Of a stretch of 64,000 bases of DNA, positions 34,901-49,900 are shown in pieces. Origin of the DNA: Eledone cirrhosa (Eukaryota); the NCBI GenBank assembly GCA_964016885.1, contig OZ024742.1:4588001-4652000 (forward strand), written 5' to 3'. A program made the position numbers and the translations under genes. Position 1 is the first letter of the stretch. The number at the start of each line of letters is the position of its first letter. The notes beneath the pieces are model-generated. The model had not been told where the DNA came from. It ran no database searches and saw only the letters and a program-made list of their open reading frames with translations.

Positions 34901-37900
34901 GGTATAGTAGTTATAGTCAGATGGTATAGTAGTTAGAGTTATGTGGTATAGTAGTCATAGTTATGTGATATAGTAGTTAGAGTTATGTTGTATAGTAGTT
35001 ATAGTTGTATGGTATAGTAGTCATAGTCATATGGTATAGTAGTTATAGTTATGTGGTATAGTAGTTATAGTCAGATGGTATAGTATTTATAGTTATATGG
35101 TATAGTAGTTATAGTTATGTGGTATAGTAGTTATAGTCAGATGGTATATTAGTTATAGTTATGTGGTATAGTAGTCATAGTTATGTGGTATAGTAGTTAT
35201 AGTTATGTTGTATAGTAGTTATAGTTGTATGGTATAGTAGTTATAGTTATGTGGTATAGTAGTCATAGTTATGTTGTATAGTAGTTATAGTTATGTGGTA
35301 TAGTAGTCATAGTTATGTGGTATAGTAGTCATAGTTATGTGGTATAGTAGTCATAGTTATGTGGTATAGTAGTTAGAGTTATGTCGTATAGTAGTTATAG
35401 TTATGTAGTATAGTAGTTATAGTTATGTGGTATATTAGTCATAGTTATGTGGTATAGTAGTTAGAGTTATGTGGTATAGTAGATATAGTTATGTAGTATA
35501 GTAGTTAGAGTTATGTGGTATAGTAGTTATAGTTATGTGGTATAGTAGTCATAGATATGTGGCATAGTAGTTATAATCATATGGTATTATAGTTATAATT
35601 ATGTGGTATAGTAGTTAGAGTTATGTGGTATAGTAGTTATAGTTATGTGGTATAGTAGTTATAGTCAGATGGTATAGTAGTTATAGTCAGATGGTATAGT
35701 AGTTATAGTTATGTGGTATAGTAGTTATAGTTATGTGGTATGGTAGTTATAGTTATGTGGTATAGTAGTTATAGATATGTGGTATAGTAGGTATACTTAT
35801 ATGGTATAGTAGTTATAGTTATGTGATATAGTAGTTATAGTTATGTTGTATAGTAGTTATAGTTATGTGGTATAGTAGTCATAGTTTTGTGGTATAGTAG
35901 TTATAGTTGTGTGGTATAGTAGTTGTCGTCAGATAGTGTAGTAGTTATAGGTATGTGGTATAGTAGTTATAGTTATGTGATATAGTAATTATAGGTATGT
36001 GGTATAGTAGTTGTAGTTATGTGGTATAGTAGTCATAGTTAGATGGTATAGTAGTTATAGTCAGATGGTATATTAGTTATAGTTATGTGGTATAGTAGTT
36101 ATTGTTATATGGTATAGTAGTTATAGTTATGTGGTATAGTAGTTATAGTTATGTGGTATAGTTGTCAAAGATATGTGGTATAGTTGTTATAGTTATGTGG
36201 TATAGTAGTTATAGTTATGTGGTATAGTAGTCATAGTTATGTTGTATAGTAGGTATAGTTATGTGGTATAGTAGTTATAGTCAGATGGTATAGTAGTTAT
36301 AGTTATGTCGTATAGTAGTTATAGTTTTGTGATATAGTAATTATAGTTATGTGGTATAGTAGTTATAGTTAGGTGGTATAGTAATCATAATCAGATGGTA
36401 TAGCAGTTATAGTTATGTGGTATAGTAGTTATAGTTATGTGTTATAGTAGTTATAGTTATGTGGTAGAGTAGTTATAGTTATGTGGTATAGTAGTTATAG
36501 TTATGTGGTATAGTAGTTATAGTCAGATGGTATAGTAGTTATAGTTATGTGGTATAGTAGTTATAGTTTTGTGATATAGTAGTTATAGTTATGTGGTATA
36601 GTAGTTATAGTTATGTGGTATAGTAGTTATAGTTATGTTGTATAGTAGTTATAGTCAGATGGTATAGTAGTTATAATTATGTGGCAAAGTAGTTATAGTT
36701 ATGTGGTATAGTAGTTATAGTTATGTGTTATATTAGTTATAGTTATGTGGTATAGTAGTTATAGTTATGTGGTATAGTAGTTATAGTTATGTGGTATAGT
36801 AGTTATAGTTTTGTGATATAGTAGTATTAGTTATGTGGTATAGTAGTTATAGTTATGTGGTATAGTAGTCATAGCCAGATGGTATAGTAGTTATAGTCAG
36901 ATGGTATAGTAGTTATAATTATGTGGTATAGTAGTTATAGTTATGTGGTTTAGTAGTTATAGTTATGTGGTATAGTAGTTATAGTTATGTGGTATAGTAG
37001 TTATAGTTATGTGGTATAGTACTCATAGTTATGTGGTATAGTAGTTATAGTTATGTGCTATAGTAGTCATAGTCATGTGGTATAGTAGTTATAATTATGT
37101 GGTATAGTAGTTATAGTTAAGTTGTATAGTAGTTATAGTTATGAGGTATAGTAGTTATAGTTATATTGTATAGTAGTTATAGTTACGTGGTATAGTAGTC
37201 ATAGTTATGTGGTATAGTAGTTATAGTTATGTGGTTTAGTAGTTATAGTTATGTGGTATAGTAGTTATAGTTATGTTGTATAGTAGTTATAGTTATGTGG
37301 TATCTTAGTTATAGATATGTGGTACAGTAGTTATAGTTATGTGGTATAGTAGTCATAGTTATGTGGTATAGTAGTTATAGTTATGTGGTATAGTAGTTAT
37401 AGTCAGATGGTATAGTAGTTATAGTTATGTGGTATAGTAGTTATAGTTATGTGGTATAGTAGTTATAGTTATGTGGTATAGTAGTTATAGTTATGTGCTA
37501 TAGTAGTCATAGTTATGTGGTATAGTAGTTATAGTTATGTGCTATAGTAGTCATAGTCAGATGGTGTAGTAGTTATAGTTATGTGGTATAGTAGTCATAG
37601 TTATGTGGTATAGTAGTTATAGTTATGTGCTATAGTAGGCATAGTCATGTGGAATAGTAGTTATAATTATGTGGTATAGTAGTTATAGTTAGGTTGTATA
37701 GTAGTTATAGTTATGTGGTAGAGTAGTTATAGTTATGTTGTATAGTAGTTATATTTATGTGGTATAGTAGTCATAGTTATGTGGTATAGTAGTTATAGAT
37801 ATGTGGTTTAGTAGTTATAGTTATGTGGTATGGTAGTTATAGTTATGAGGTATAGTAGTTATAGTTATGTGGTATAGTAGTCATAGTCAGATGGTATATT

Positions 37901-40900
37901 AGTTATGGTCAGATGGTATAGTAGTTATAGTTATGTGGTGTATTAGTTATAGTTATGTTGTATATTAGTCATAGTTAGATGGTATAGTAATTATAACCAA
38001 ATGCTATAGTAGTTATAGTTATGTGCTATAGTGGTCATAGTTATGTGGTATAGTAGTTATAGTTATGTGGTATAGTAGTTATAGTTATGTGCTATAGTAG
38101 TCATAGTTATGTGGTATAGTAGTTATAGTTATGTGCTATAGTAGTCATAGTCAGATGGTGTAGTAGTTATAGTTATGTGGTATAGTAGTCATAGTTATGT
38201 GGTATAGTAGTTATAGTTATGTGCTATAGTAGTCATAGTCATGTGGAATAGTAGTTATAATTATGTGGTATAGTAGTTATAGTTAGGTTGTATAGTAGTT
38301 ATAGTTATGTGGTAGAGTAGTTATAGTTATGTGGTATAGTAGTTATAGTTATGTTGTATAGTAGTTATAGTCAGATGGTATAGTAGTTATAATTATGTGG
38401 TATAGTAGTTATAGTTATGTGGTATATTAGTTATAGTTATGTGGTATAGTAGTTATAGTTATGTGGTATAGTAATTATAGTTATGTGGTATAGTAGTTAT
38501 AGTTTTGTGATATAGTAGTATTAGTTATGTGGTATAGTAGTTATAGTTATGTGGTATAGTAGTCATAGTCAGATGGTATAGTAGTTATAGTCAGATGGTA
38601 TAGTAGTTATAATTATGTGGTATAGTAGTTATAGTTATGTGGTATAGTAGTTATAGTCAGATGGTATAGTAGTTATAGTTATGTGGTTTAGTAGTTATAG
38701 TTATGTGGTATATTAGTTATAGTTATGTGGTATAGTAGTTATAGTTATGTGGTATAGTACTCATAGTTATGTGGTATAGTAGTTATAGTTATGTGCTATA
38801 GTAGTCATAGTCATGTGGTATAGTAGTTATAATTATGTGGTATAGTAGTTATAGTTAGGTTGTATAGTAGTTATAGTTATGTGGTAGAGTAGTTATAGTT
38901 ATGTTGTATAGTAGTTATAGTTACGTGATATAGTAGTCATAGTTATGTGGTATAGTAGTTATAGTTATGCGGTTTAGTAGTTATAGTTATGTGGTATAGT
39001 AGTTATAGTTATGTTGTATAGTAGTTATAGTTATGTGGTATCTTAGTTATAGATATGTGGTACAGTAGTTATAGTTATGTGGTATAGTAGTCATAGTTAT
39101 GTGGTATAGTAGTTATAGTTATGTGGTATAGTAGTTATAGTCAGATGGTATAGTAGTTATAGTTATGTGGTATAGTAGTTATAGTTATGTGGTATAGTAG
39201 TTATAGTTATGTGGTATAGCAGTTATAGTTATGTGCTATAGTAGTCATAGTTATGTGGTATAGTAGTTATAGTTATGTGCTATAGTAGTCATAGTCAGAT
39301 GGTGTAGTAGTTATACTTATGTGGTATACTAGTCATAGTTATGTGGTATAGTAGTTATAGTTATGTGCTATAGTAGTCATAGTCATGTGGAATAGTAGTT
39401 ATAATTATGTGGTATAGTAGTTATAGTTAGGTTGTATAGTAGTTATAGTTATGTGGTAGAGTAGTTATAGTTATGTTGTATAGTAGTTATAGTTATGTGG
39501 TATAGTAGTCATAGTTATGTGGTATGGTAGTTATAGTTATGTGGTTTAGTAGTTATAGTTATGTGGTATAGTAGTTATAGTTATGAGGTATAGTAGTTAT
39601 AGTTATGTGGTATAGTAGTCATAGTTATGTGCTATAATAGTTATAGTTATGTGGTATAGTAGTCATAGTCAGATGGTATATTAGTTATGGTCAGATGGTA
39701 TAGTAGTTATAGTTATGTGGTGTATTAGTTATAGTTATGTTGTATATTAGTCATAGTTAGATGGTATAGTAATTATAACCAAATGCTATAGTAGTTATAG
39801 TTATGTGCTATAGTGGTCATAGTTATGTGGTATAGTAGTCATAGTTATGTTGTATAGTAGTCATAATTATGTGGTATAGTAGTTATAGCTATGTGGTATA
39901 GTAGTTATAGTTATGTGGTATAGTAGTTAAAGTCAGATGGTATAGTAGTTATCATTATGTAGCATAGTAGTTATGGTTATGTGGTATAGTAGTTATAGTT
40001 ATGTGGTATAGTAGTTATAGTTATGTGGTATAGTAGTTATAGTTTTGTGATATAGTAGTTATAGTTATGTGGTATAGTAGTTATAGTTATATGGTATAGT
40101 AGTCATAGTCAGATGGTATATTAGTTATATTCAGATTGTATTTTAGTTATAATTATGTGGTATAGTAGTTATAGTTATGTGGTGTAGTAGTTATAGTCAG
40201 ATGGTATAATAGTTATAGTTATGTGGTATAGTAGTTATAGTTATGTGGTATAGTATTTATAGTTATGTGGTATAGTAGTTATAGTTATGTGGTATAGTAG
40301 TTATAGTTATGTGCTATAGTAGTCATAGTCATGTGGTATAGTAGTTATAATTATGTGGTATAGTAGTTATAGTTAGGTTGTATAGTAGTTATAGTTATGT
40401 GGTAGAGTAGTTATAGTTATGTTGTATAGTAGTTATAGTTACGTGGTATAGTAACATAGTTATGTGGTATAGTAGTTATAGTTATGTGGTTTAGTAGTTA
40501 TAGTTATGTGGTATAGTAGTTATAGTTATGTTGTATAGTAGTTATAGTTATGTGGTATCTTAGTTATAGATATGTGGTACAGTAGTTATAGTTATGTGGT
40601 ATAGTAGTCATAGTTATGTGGTATAGTAGTTATAGTTATGTGGTATAGTAGTTATAGTCAGATGGTATAGTAGTTATAGTTATGTGGTATAGCAGTTATA
40701 GTTATGTGGTATAGTAGTTATAGTTATGTGGTATAGTAGTTATAGTTGTGCTATAGTAGTCATAGTTATGTGCTATAGTAGTTATAGTTATGTGCTATAG
40801 TAGTCATAGTCAGATGGTGTAGTAGTTATAGTTATGTGGTATAGTAGTCATAGTTATGTGGTATAGTAGTTATAGTTATGTGCTCTAGTAGTCATAGTCA

Positions 40901-43900
40901 TGTGGAATAGTAGTTATAATTATGTGGTATAGTAGTTATAGTTAGGTTGTATAGTAGTTATAGTTATGTGGTAGAGTAGTTATAGTTATGTGGTGTAGTA
41001 GTTATAGTCAGATGGTATAATAGTTATAGTTATGTGGTATAGTAGTTATAGTTATGTGGTATAGTATTAATAGTTATGTGGTATAGTAGTTATAGTTATG
41101 TGGTATAGTAGTTATAGTTATGTGGTATAGTAGTCATAGTCAGATGGTATAGTAGTGATAGTTATGTGGTATAGTAGTCATAGTTATGTGGAATAGTAGT
41201 TATAGTTATGTGGTATAGTAGTTATAGTTATGTGGTATAGTAGTTATAGTTATGTGCTATAGTAGTCATAGTTATGTGGTATAGTAGTTATAGTTATGTG
41301 CTATAGTAGTCATAGTCAGATGGTGTAGTAGTTATAGTTATGTGGTATAGTAGTCATAGTTATGTGGTATAGTAGTCATAGTTATGTGCTATAGTAGTTA
41401 TAATTATGTGGTATAGTAGTTATAGTTAGGTTGTATAGTAGTTATAGTTATGTGGTAGAGTAGTTATAGTTATGTTGTATAGTAGTTATAGTTATGTGGT
41501 TTAGTAGTTATAGATATGTGGTATAGTAGTTATAGTTATGAGGTATAGTAGTTATAGTTATGTGGTATAGTAGTTATAGTTATGAGGTATAGAAGTTATA
41601 GTTATGTGGTATAGTAGTCATAGTTATGTGCTATAGTAGTTATAGTTATGTGGTATAGTAGTCATAGTCAGATGGTATATTAGTTATGGTCAGATGGTAT
41701 AGTAGTTATAGTTATGTGGTGTATTAGTTATAGTTATGTTGTATATTAGTCATAGTTAGATGGTATAGTAATTATAACCAAATGCTATAGTAGTTATAGT
41801 TATGTGCTATAGTGGTCATAGTTATGTGGTATAGTAGTCATAGTTATGTTGTATAGTAGTCATAATTATATGGTATAGTAGTTATAGCTATGTGGTATAG
41901 TAGTTATAGTTATGTGGTATAGTAGTTAAAGTCAGATGGTATAGTAGTTATCATTATGTAGCATAGTAGTTATGGTTATGTGGTATAGTAGTTATAGTTA
42001 TGTGGTATAGTAGTTATAGTTATGTGGTATAGTAGTTATAGTTATGTGGTATAGTAGTTATAGTTATGTGGTATAGTAGTTATAGTTTTGTGATATAGTA
42101 GTTATAGTTATGTGGTATAGTAGTTATAGTTATATGGTATAGTAGTCATAGTCAGATGGTATATTAGTTATATTCAGATTGTATTTTAGTTATAATTATG
42201 TGGTATAGTAGTTATAGTTATGTGGTGTAGTAGTTATAGTCAGATGGTATAATAGTTATAGTTATGTGGTATAGTAGTTATAGTTATGTGGTATAGTATT
42301 TATAGTTATGTGGTATAGTAGTTATAGTTATGTGGTATAGTAGTTATAGTTATGTGCTATAGTAGTCATAGTCATGTGGTATAGTAGTTATAATTATGTG
42401 GTATAGTAGTTATAGTTAGGTTGTATAGTAGTTATAGTTATGTGGTAGAGTAGTTATAGTTATGTTGTATAGTAGTTATAGTTACGTGGTATAGTAGTCA
42501 TAGTTATGTGGTATAGTAGTTATAGTTATGTGGTTTATTAGTTATAGTTATGTGGTATAGTAGTTATAGTTATGTTGTATAGTAGTTATAGTTATGTGGT
42601 ATCTTAGTTATAGATATGTGGTACAGTAGTTATAGTTATGTGGTATAGTAGTCATAGTTATGTGGTATAGTAGTTATAGTTATGTGGTATAGTACTTATA
42701 GTCAGATGGTATAGTAGTTATAGTTATGTGGTATAGTAGTTATAGTTATGTGGTATAGTAGTTATAGTTATGTGGTATAGTAGTTATAGTTATGTGCTAT
42801 AGTAGTCATAGTTATGTGGTATAGTAGTTATAGTTATGTGCTATAGTAGTCATAGTCAGATGGTGTAGTAGTTATAGTTATGTGGTATAGTAGTCATAGT
42901 TATGTGGTATAGTAGTTATAGTTATGTGCTATAGTAGTCATAGTCATGTGGAATAGTAGTTATAATTATGTGGTATAGTAGTTATAGTTAGGTTGTATAG
43001 TAGTTATAGTTATGTGGTAGAGTAGTTATAGTTATGTTGTATAGTAGTTATAGTTATGTGGTATAGTAGTCATAGTTAGATGGTATAGTAATTATAACCA
43101 AATGCTATAGTAGTTAGAGTTATGTGCTATAGTGGTCATAGTTATGTGGTATAGTAGTCATAGTTATGTTGTATAGTAGTCATAATTATGTGGTATAGTA
43201 GTTATAGCTATGTGGTATAATAGTTATAGTTATGTGGTATAGTAGTTATAGTTTTGTGATATAGTAGTTATAGTTATGTGGTATAGTAGTTATAGTTATA
43301 TGGTATAGTAGTCATAGTCAGATGGTATATTAGTTATATTCAGATTGTATTTTAGTTATAATTATGTGGTATAGTAGTTATAGTTATGTGCTATAGTAGT
43401 TATAGTTATGTTGTATAGTAGTTATAGTTATGTGGTATAGTAGTTATAGTCAGATGGTATAGTAGTAATAGTTATGTGATATAGTAGTTATAGTTATGTT
43501 GTATAGTAGTTATAGTTATGTGGTATAGTAGTCATAGTTATGTGGTATACTAGTTATAGTTGTGTGGTATAGTAGTTATCGTCAGATGGTATAGTAGTTA
43601 TAGTTATGTGGTATAGTAGTTATAGTTATGTGGTATAGCAGTTATAGTTATGTGGTATCGTAGTTATAATTATGTGGTATATTAGTCATAGTTAGATGGT
43701 ATAGTAGTTATAGTCAGATGGTATAGTAGTTATAGTTATGTGGTATAGTAGTTCTAGTTATGTGGTATAGTAGTTATAGTTATGTGATATAGTAGTTATA
43801 GTTATGTGGTATAGTAGTCATAGATATGTGGTATAGTATTTATAGTTATGTGGTATAGTAGTTATAGTTAGGTGGTATAGTAATCATAATCAGATGGTAT

Positions 43901-46900
43901 AGTAGTTATAGTTATGTGGTCTAGTAGTTATAGTTATGTGGTATAGTAGTTATAGTTATGTGGTATAGTAGTCATAGTTATGTGGTATAGTAGTTATAGT
44001 TATGTGGTATAGTAGTTCAAGTCAGATGGTATAATAGTTATAGTTATGTGGTATAGTAATTATAGTTTTGTGATATAGTAGTTATAGTTATGTGGTAGAG
44101 TAGTTATAGTTTTGTGATATAGTAGTTATAGTTATGTGGTATAGTAGTTATAGTGAGATGGTATAGTAGTTATAATTATGTGGTATAGTAGTTATAACTA
44201 TGTGGTATAGTAGTTATAGTTATGTGGTATAGTAGTTAACGTCAGATGGTATAGTAGTTATAATTATGCGGCATAGTAGTTATAGTTATGTGGTATAGTA
44301 GTTATAGTTGTGTTATATTAGTTATAGTTATGTGTTATATTAGTTATAGTTATGTGGTATAGTAGTTATAATTATGCGGCATAGTAGTTATAGTTATGTG
44401 GTATAGTAGTTATAGTTATGTGGTATAGTAGTTATAGTTATGTGGTATAGTAGTCATAGTTATGTGGTATATTAGTTATAGTTATGTGCTATAGTAGTCA
44501 TAGTCATGTGGTATAGTAGTTATAATTATGTGGTATAGTAGTTATAGTTAGGTTGTATAGTAGTTATAGTTATGTGGTACAGTAGTAATAGTTATGTTGT
44601 ATAGTAGTTATAGTTATGTGGTATAGTAGTCATAGTTATGTTGTAGAGTAGTTATAGTTATGTTGTATAGTAGTTATAGTTATGTGGTATAGGAGTCATA
44701 GTTATGCGGTATAGTAGTTATAGTTATGTGGTTTATTAGTTATAGTTATGTGGTATAGTAGTTATAGTTATGTTGTATAGTAGTTATAGTTATGTGGTAT
44801 CTTAGTCATAGTTATGTGGTACAGTAGTTATAGTTATGTGGTATAGTAGTCATAGTTATGTGCTATAGTAGTTATAGTTATGTTGTATAGTAGTTATAGT
44901 TATGTGGTATAGTAGTTATAGTTATGTGGTATACTAGTTATAGTTGTGTGGTATAGTAGTTATCGTCAGATTTTATAGTAGTTATAGTTATGTGGTATAG
45001 TAGTTATAGTTATGTGGTATAGCAGTTATAGTTATGTGGTATTGTAGTTATAGTTATGTGGTATATTAGTCATAGTTAGATGGTATAGTAGTTATAGTCA
45101 GATGGTATAGTAGTTATAGTTATGTGGTATAGTAGTTCTAGTTATGTGGTATAGTAGTTATAGTTATGTGATATAGTAGTTATAGTTATGTGGTATAGTA
45201 GTCATAGATATGTGGTATAGTAGTTATAGTTATGTGGTATAGTAGTTATAGTTATGTGGTATAGTAGTCATAGTTATGTTGTATAGTGGTTATAGTTATG
45301 TGGTATAGTAGATATATTCAGATGGTATAGTAGTTATAGTTATGTGGTATAGTAGTTATAGTTTTGTGATATAGTAATTATAGGTATGTGGTATAGTAGT
45401 TATAGTTAGGTGGTATAGTAATCATAATCAGATGGTATAGTAGTTATAGTTATGTGTTATAGTAGTTATAGTTATGTGTTATAGTAGTTATAGTTATGTG
45501 GTATAGTAGTTATAGTTATGTGGTATAGTAGGCATAGTTATGTGGTATAGTAGTTATAGTTATGTGGTATAGTAGTTCTAGTCAGATGGTATAATAGTTA
45601 TAGTTATGTGGTATATAGTTATAGTTTTGTGATATAGTAGTTATAGTTATGTGGTATAGTAGTTATAGTTTTGTGATATATTCGTTATAGTTATGTGGTA
45701 TTGTAGTTATAGTCAAATGGTATAGTAGTTATAATTATGTGGTATAGTAGTTATAACTATGTGGTATAGTAGTTATAGTTATATGGTATAGTAGTTAAAG
45801 TCAGATGGAATAGTAGTTATATTTATGTGGCATAGTAGTTATAGTAATGTGGTATAGTAGTTATAGTTATGTGTTATAGTAGTTATAGTTATGTGGTATA
45901 GTAGTTATATTTATGTGGTATAGTAGTTATAGTTTTGTGATATAGTAGTTATAGTTATGTGGTATAGTAGTTGTAGTTATGTGGTATAGTAGTCATAGTC
46001 AGATGGTATAGTAGTTATAGTCAGATGGTATAGTAGTTATAATTATGTGGTATAGTAGTTATAGTTATGTGGTATAGTAGTTATAGTTATGTGGTATCTT
46101 AGTCATAGTTATGTGGTACAGTAGTTATAGTTATGTGGTATAGTAGTTATAGTTATGTGGTATAGTAGTTATAGTTATGTGGTATAGTAGTTATAGTTAT
46201 GTGGTATAGTAGTCATAGTTATGTGGTATAGTAGTTATAGTTATGTGCTATAGTAGTCATAGTCATGTGGTATAGTAGTTATAGTTATGTGGTATAGTAG
46301 TTATAGTTAGATTATATAGTAGTTATAGTTATGTGGTAGAATAGTTATAGTTATGTGGTGTTGTAGTTATACTTATGTGGTATAGTAGTCATAGTTATGT
46401 GGTATAGTAGTTATAGTTATGTTGCATAGTAGTTATAGTTATGTGGTATAGTAGTCATAGTTATGTGGTAGAGTAGTTATAGTTATGTTGTATAGTAGTT
46501 ATAGTTATGTGGTATAGGAGTCATAGTTATGTGGTATAGTAGTTATAGTTATGTGGTTTAGTAGTTATAGTTATGTAGTATAGTAGTTATAGTTATGTTG
46601 TATAGTAGTTATAGTTATGTGGTATGTTAGTCATAGTTATGTGGTACAGTAGTTATAGTTATGTGGTATGGTAGTCATAGTTATGTGGTATATTAGTTAT
46701 AGTTATGTGGTATAGTAGTTATAGTCAGATGGTATAGTAGTTATAGTTATGTGGTATAGTAGTTATAGTCAGATGGTATAGTAGCTATAGTTATGTGATA
46801 TAGTAGTTATAGTTTTGTTGTATAGTAGTTATAGTTATGTGGTATAGTAGTTATAGTTGTGTGGTATAGTAGTTATCGTCAGATGGTATAGTAGTTATAG

Positions 46901-49900
46901 TTATGTGGTATAGTAGTTATAGTTATGTGGTATAGCAGTTATAGTTATGTGGTATCGTAGTTATAGTTATGTGGTATATTAATCATAGCTAGATGGTATA
47001 GTAGTTATAGTCAGATGGTATATTAGTTATAGTTATGTGGTATAGTAGTTATAGTTATGTGGTATAGTAGTTATAGTTATGTGGTATAGTAGTTATAGTT
47101 ATGTGGTATAGTAGTCATAGATATGTGGTATAGTAGTTATAGTTATGTGGTATAGTAGTTATAGTTATGTGGTATAGTAGTCATAGTTATGTAGTATAGT
47201 AGTTATATTTATGTGGTATAGTAGTTATAGTCAGATGGTATAGTAGTTATAGTTATGTGGTATAGTAGTTATAGTTTTGTGATATAGTAATTATAGGTAT
47301 GTGGTATAGTAGTTATAGTTAGGTGGTATAGTAATCATAATCAGATGGTATAGTAGTTATAGTTATGTGTTATAGTAGTTATAGTTATGTGGTATAGTAT
47401 TTATAGTTATGTGGTATAGTAGTCATAGTTATGTGGTATAGTAGTTATAGTTATGTGGTATAGTAGTTCTAGTCAGATGGTATAATAGTTATAATTATGT
47501 GGTATAGTAGTTATAGTTTTGTGATATAGTAGTTATAGTTATGTGGTATAGTAGTTATAGTTTTGTGATATAGTAGTTATAGTTATGTGGTATAGTAGTT
47601 ATAGTGAGATGGTATAGTAGTTATAATTATGTGGTATAGTAGTTATAACTATGTGGTATAGTAGTTATAGTTATGTGGTATAGTAGTTACAATCAGATGG
47701 TATAGTAGTTATAAATATGTGGCATAGTAGTTATGGTTATGTTGTATAGTAGTTATAGTTATGTGTTATAGTAGTTATAGTTATGTGGTATAGTAGTTAT
47801 AGTTAGGTTGTATAGTAGTTATATCTATGTGGTAGAGTAGTTATAGTTATGTTGTATAGTAGTTATATTTATGTGGTATAGTAGTCATAGTTATGTGGTA
47901 TAGTAGTTATAGTTATGTGCTATAGTAGTCATAGTCATGTGGTATAGTAGTTATAATTATGTGGTATAGTAGTTATAGTTAGGTTGTATAGTAGTTATAG
48001 TTATGTGGTAGAGTAGTTATAGTTATGTTGTATAGTAGTTATAGTTATGTGGTATAGTAGTCATAGTTATGTGGTAGTGTAGTTATAGTTATGTTGTATA
48101 GTAGTTATAATTATGTGGTATAGGAGTCATAGTTATGTGGAATAGTAGTTATAGTTATGTGGTTTAGTAGTTATAGTTATGTGGTATAGTAGTTATAGTT
48201 ATGTTGTATAGTAGTTATAGTTATGTGGTATCTTAGTCATAGTTATGTGGTACAGTAGTTATAGTTATGTGGTATGGTAATCATAGTTATGTGGTATAGT
48301 AGTTATAGTTATGTGGTAGAGTAGAGTCAGATGGTATAGTAGTTATAGTTATGTGGTATAGTAGTTATAGTTATGTGGTATAGTAGTTATAGATATGTGG
48401 TATAGTAGTTATAGTTATGTGGTATAGTAGTCATAGTTATGTGGTATAGTAGTTATAGTTATGTGCTATAGTAGTCATAGTCATGTGGTATAGTAGTTAT
48501 AGTTATGTGGTATAGTAGTTATAGTTAGATTATATAGTAGTTATAGTTATGTGGTAGAGTAGTTATAGTTATGTGGTAGAGTAGTTATAGTTATGTGGTG
48601 TTGTAGTTATAGTTATGTGGTATAGTAGTCATAGTTATGTGGTATAGTAGTTATAGTTATGTGGTATAGTAGTCATATTTATGTGGTAGAGTAGTTATAG
48701 TTATGTTGTATAGTAGTTATAGTTATGGGGTATAGGAGTCATAGTTATGTGGTATAGTAGTTATAGTTATGTGGTTTAGTAGTTATAGTTATGTGGTATA
48801 GTAGTTATAGTTATGTTGTATAGTAGTTATAGTTATGTGGTATCTTAGTCATAGTTATGTGGTACAGTAGTTATAGTTATGTGGTATGGTAGTCATAGTT
48901 ATGTGGTATAGTAGTTATAATTATGTGGTATAGTAGTTATAGTCAGATGGTATAGTAGTTATAGTTATGTGGTATAGTAGTTATAGTCAGATGGTATAGT
49001 AGTTATAGTTATGTGATATAGTAGTTATAGTTTTGTTGTATAGTAGTTATAGTTATGTGGTATAGTAGTTATAGTTGTGTGGTATAGTAGTTATCGTCAG
49101 ATGGTATAATAGTTATAGTTATGTGGTATAGTAGTTATAGTTATGTGGTATCGTAGTTATAGTTATGTGGTATATTAGTCATAGTTAGATGGCATAATAG
49201 TTATAGTTATGTGGTATAATAATTATAGGTATGTGGTATAGTAGTTATAGTTAGGTGGTATAGTAATCATAATCATATGGTATAGTAGTTATAGTTATGT
49301 GGTATAGTAGTTATAGTTATGTGGTATAGTAGTTATAGTTATGTGGTATAGTAGTCATAGTTATGTGGTATAGTAGTTATAGTTATGTGGTATAGTAGTT
49401 CTAGTCAGATGGTATAATAGTTATAATTATGTGGTATAGTAGTTATAGTTTTGTGATATAGTAGTTATAGTTATGTGGTATAGTAGTTATAGTTTTGTGA
49501 TATAGTAGTTATAGTTATGTGGTATAGTAGTTATAGTGAGATGGTATAGTAGTTATAATTATGTGGTATAGTAGTTATAACTATGTGGTATAGTAGTTAT
49601 AGTTATGTGGTATAGTAGTTACAGTCAGATGGTATAGTAGTTATAATTATGTGGCATAGTAGTTATGGTTATGTTGTATAATAGTTATAGTTATGTGTTA
49701 TAATAGTTATATTTATGTGGTATAGTAGTTATAGTTATGTGGTATAGTAGTTATAGTTTTGTGATATAGTAGTTATAGTTATGTGGTATAGTAGTTGTAG
49801 TTATGTGGTATAGTAGTCATAGTCAGATGGTATAGTAGTTATAGCCAGATGGTATAGTAGTTATAATTATGTGGTATAGTAGTTATAGTTATGTGGTATA

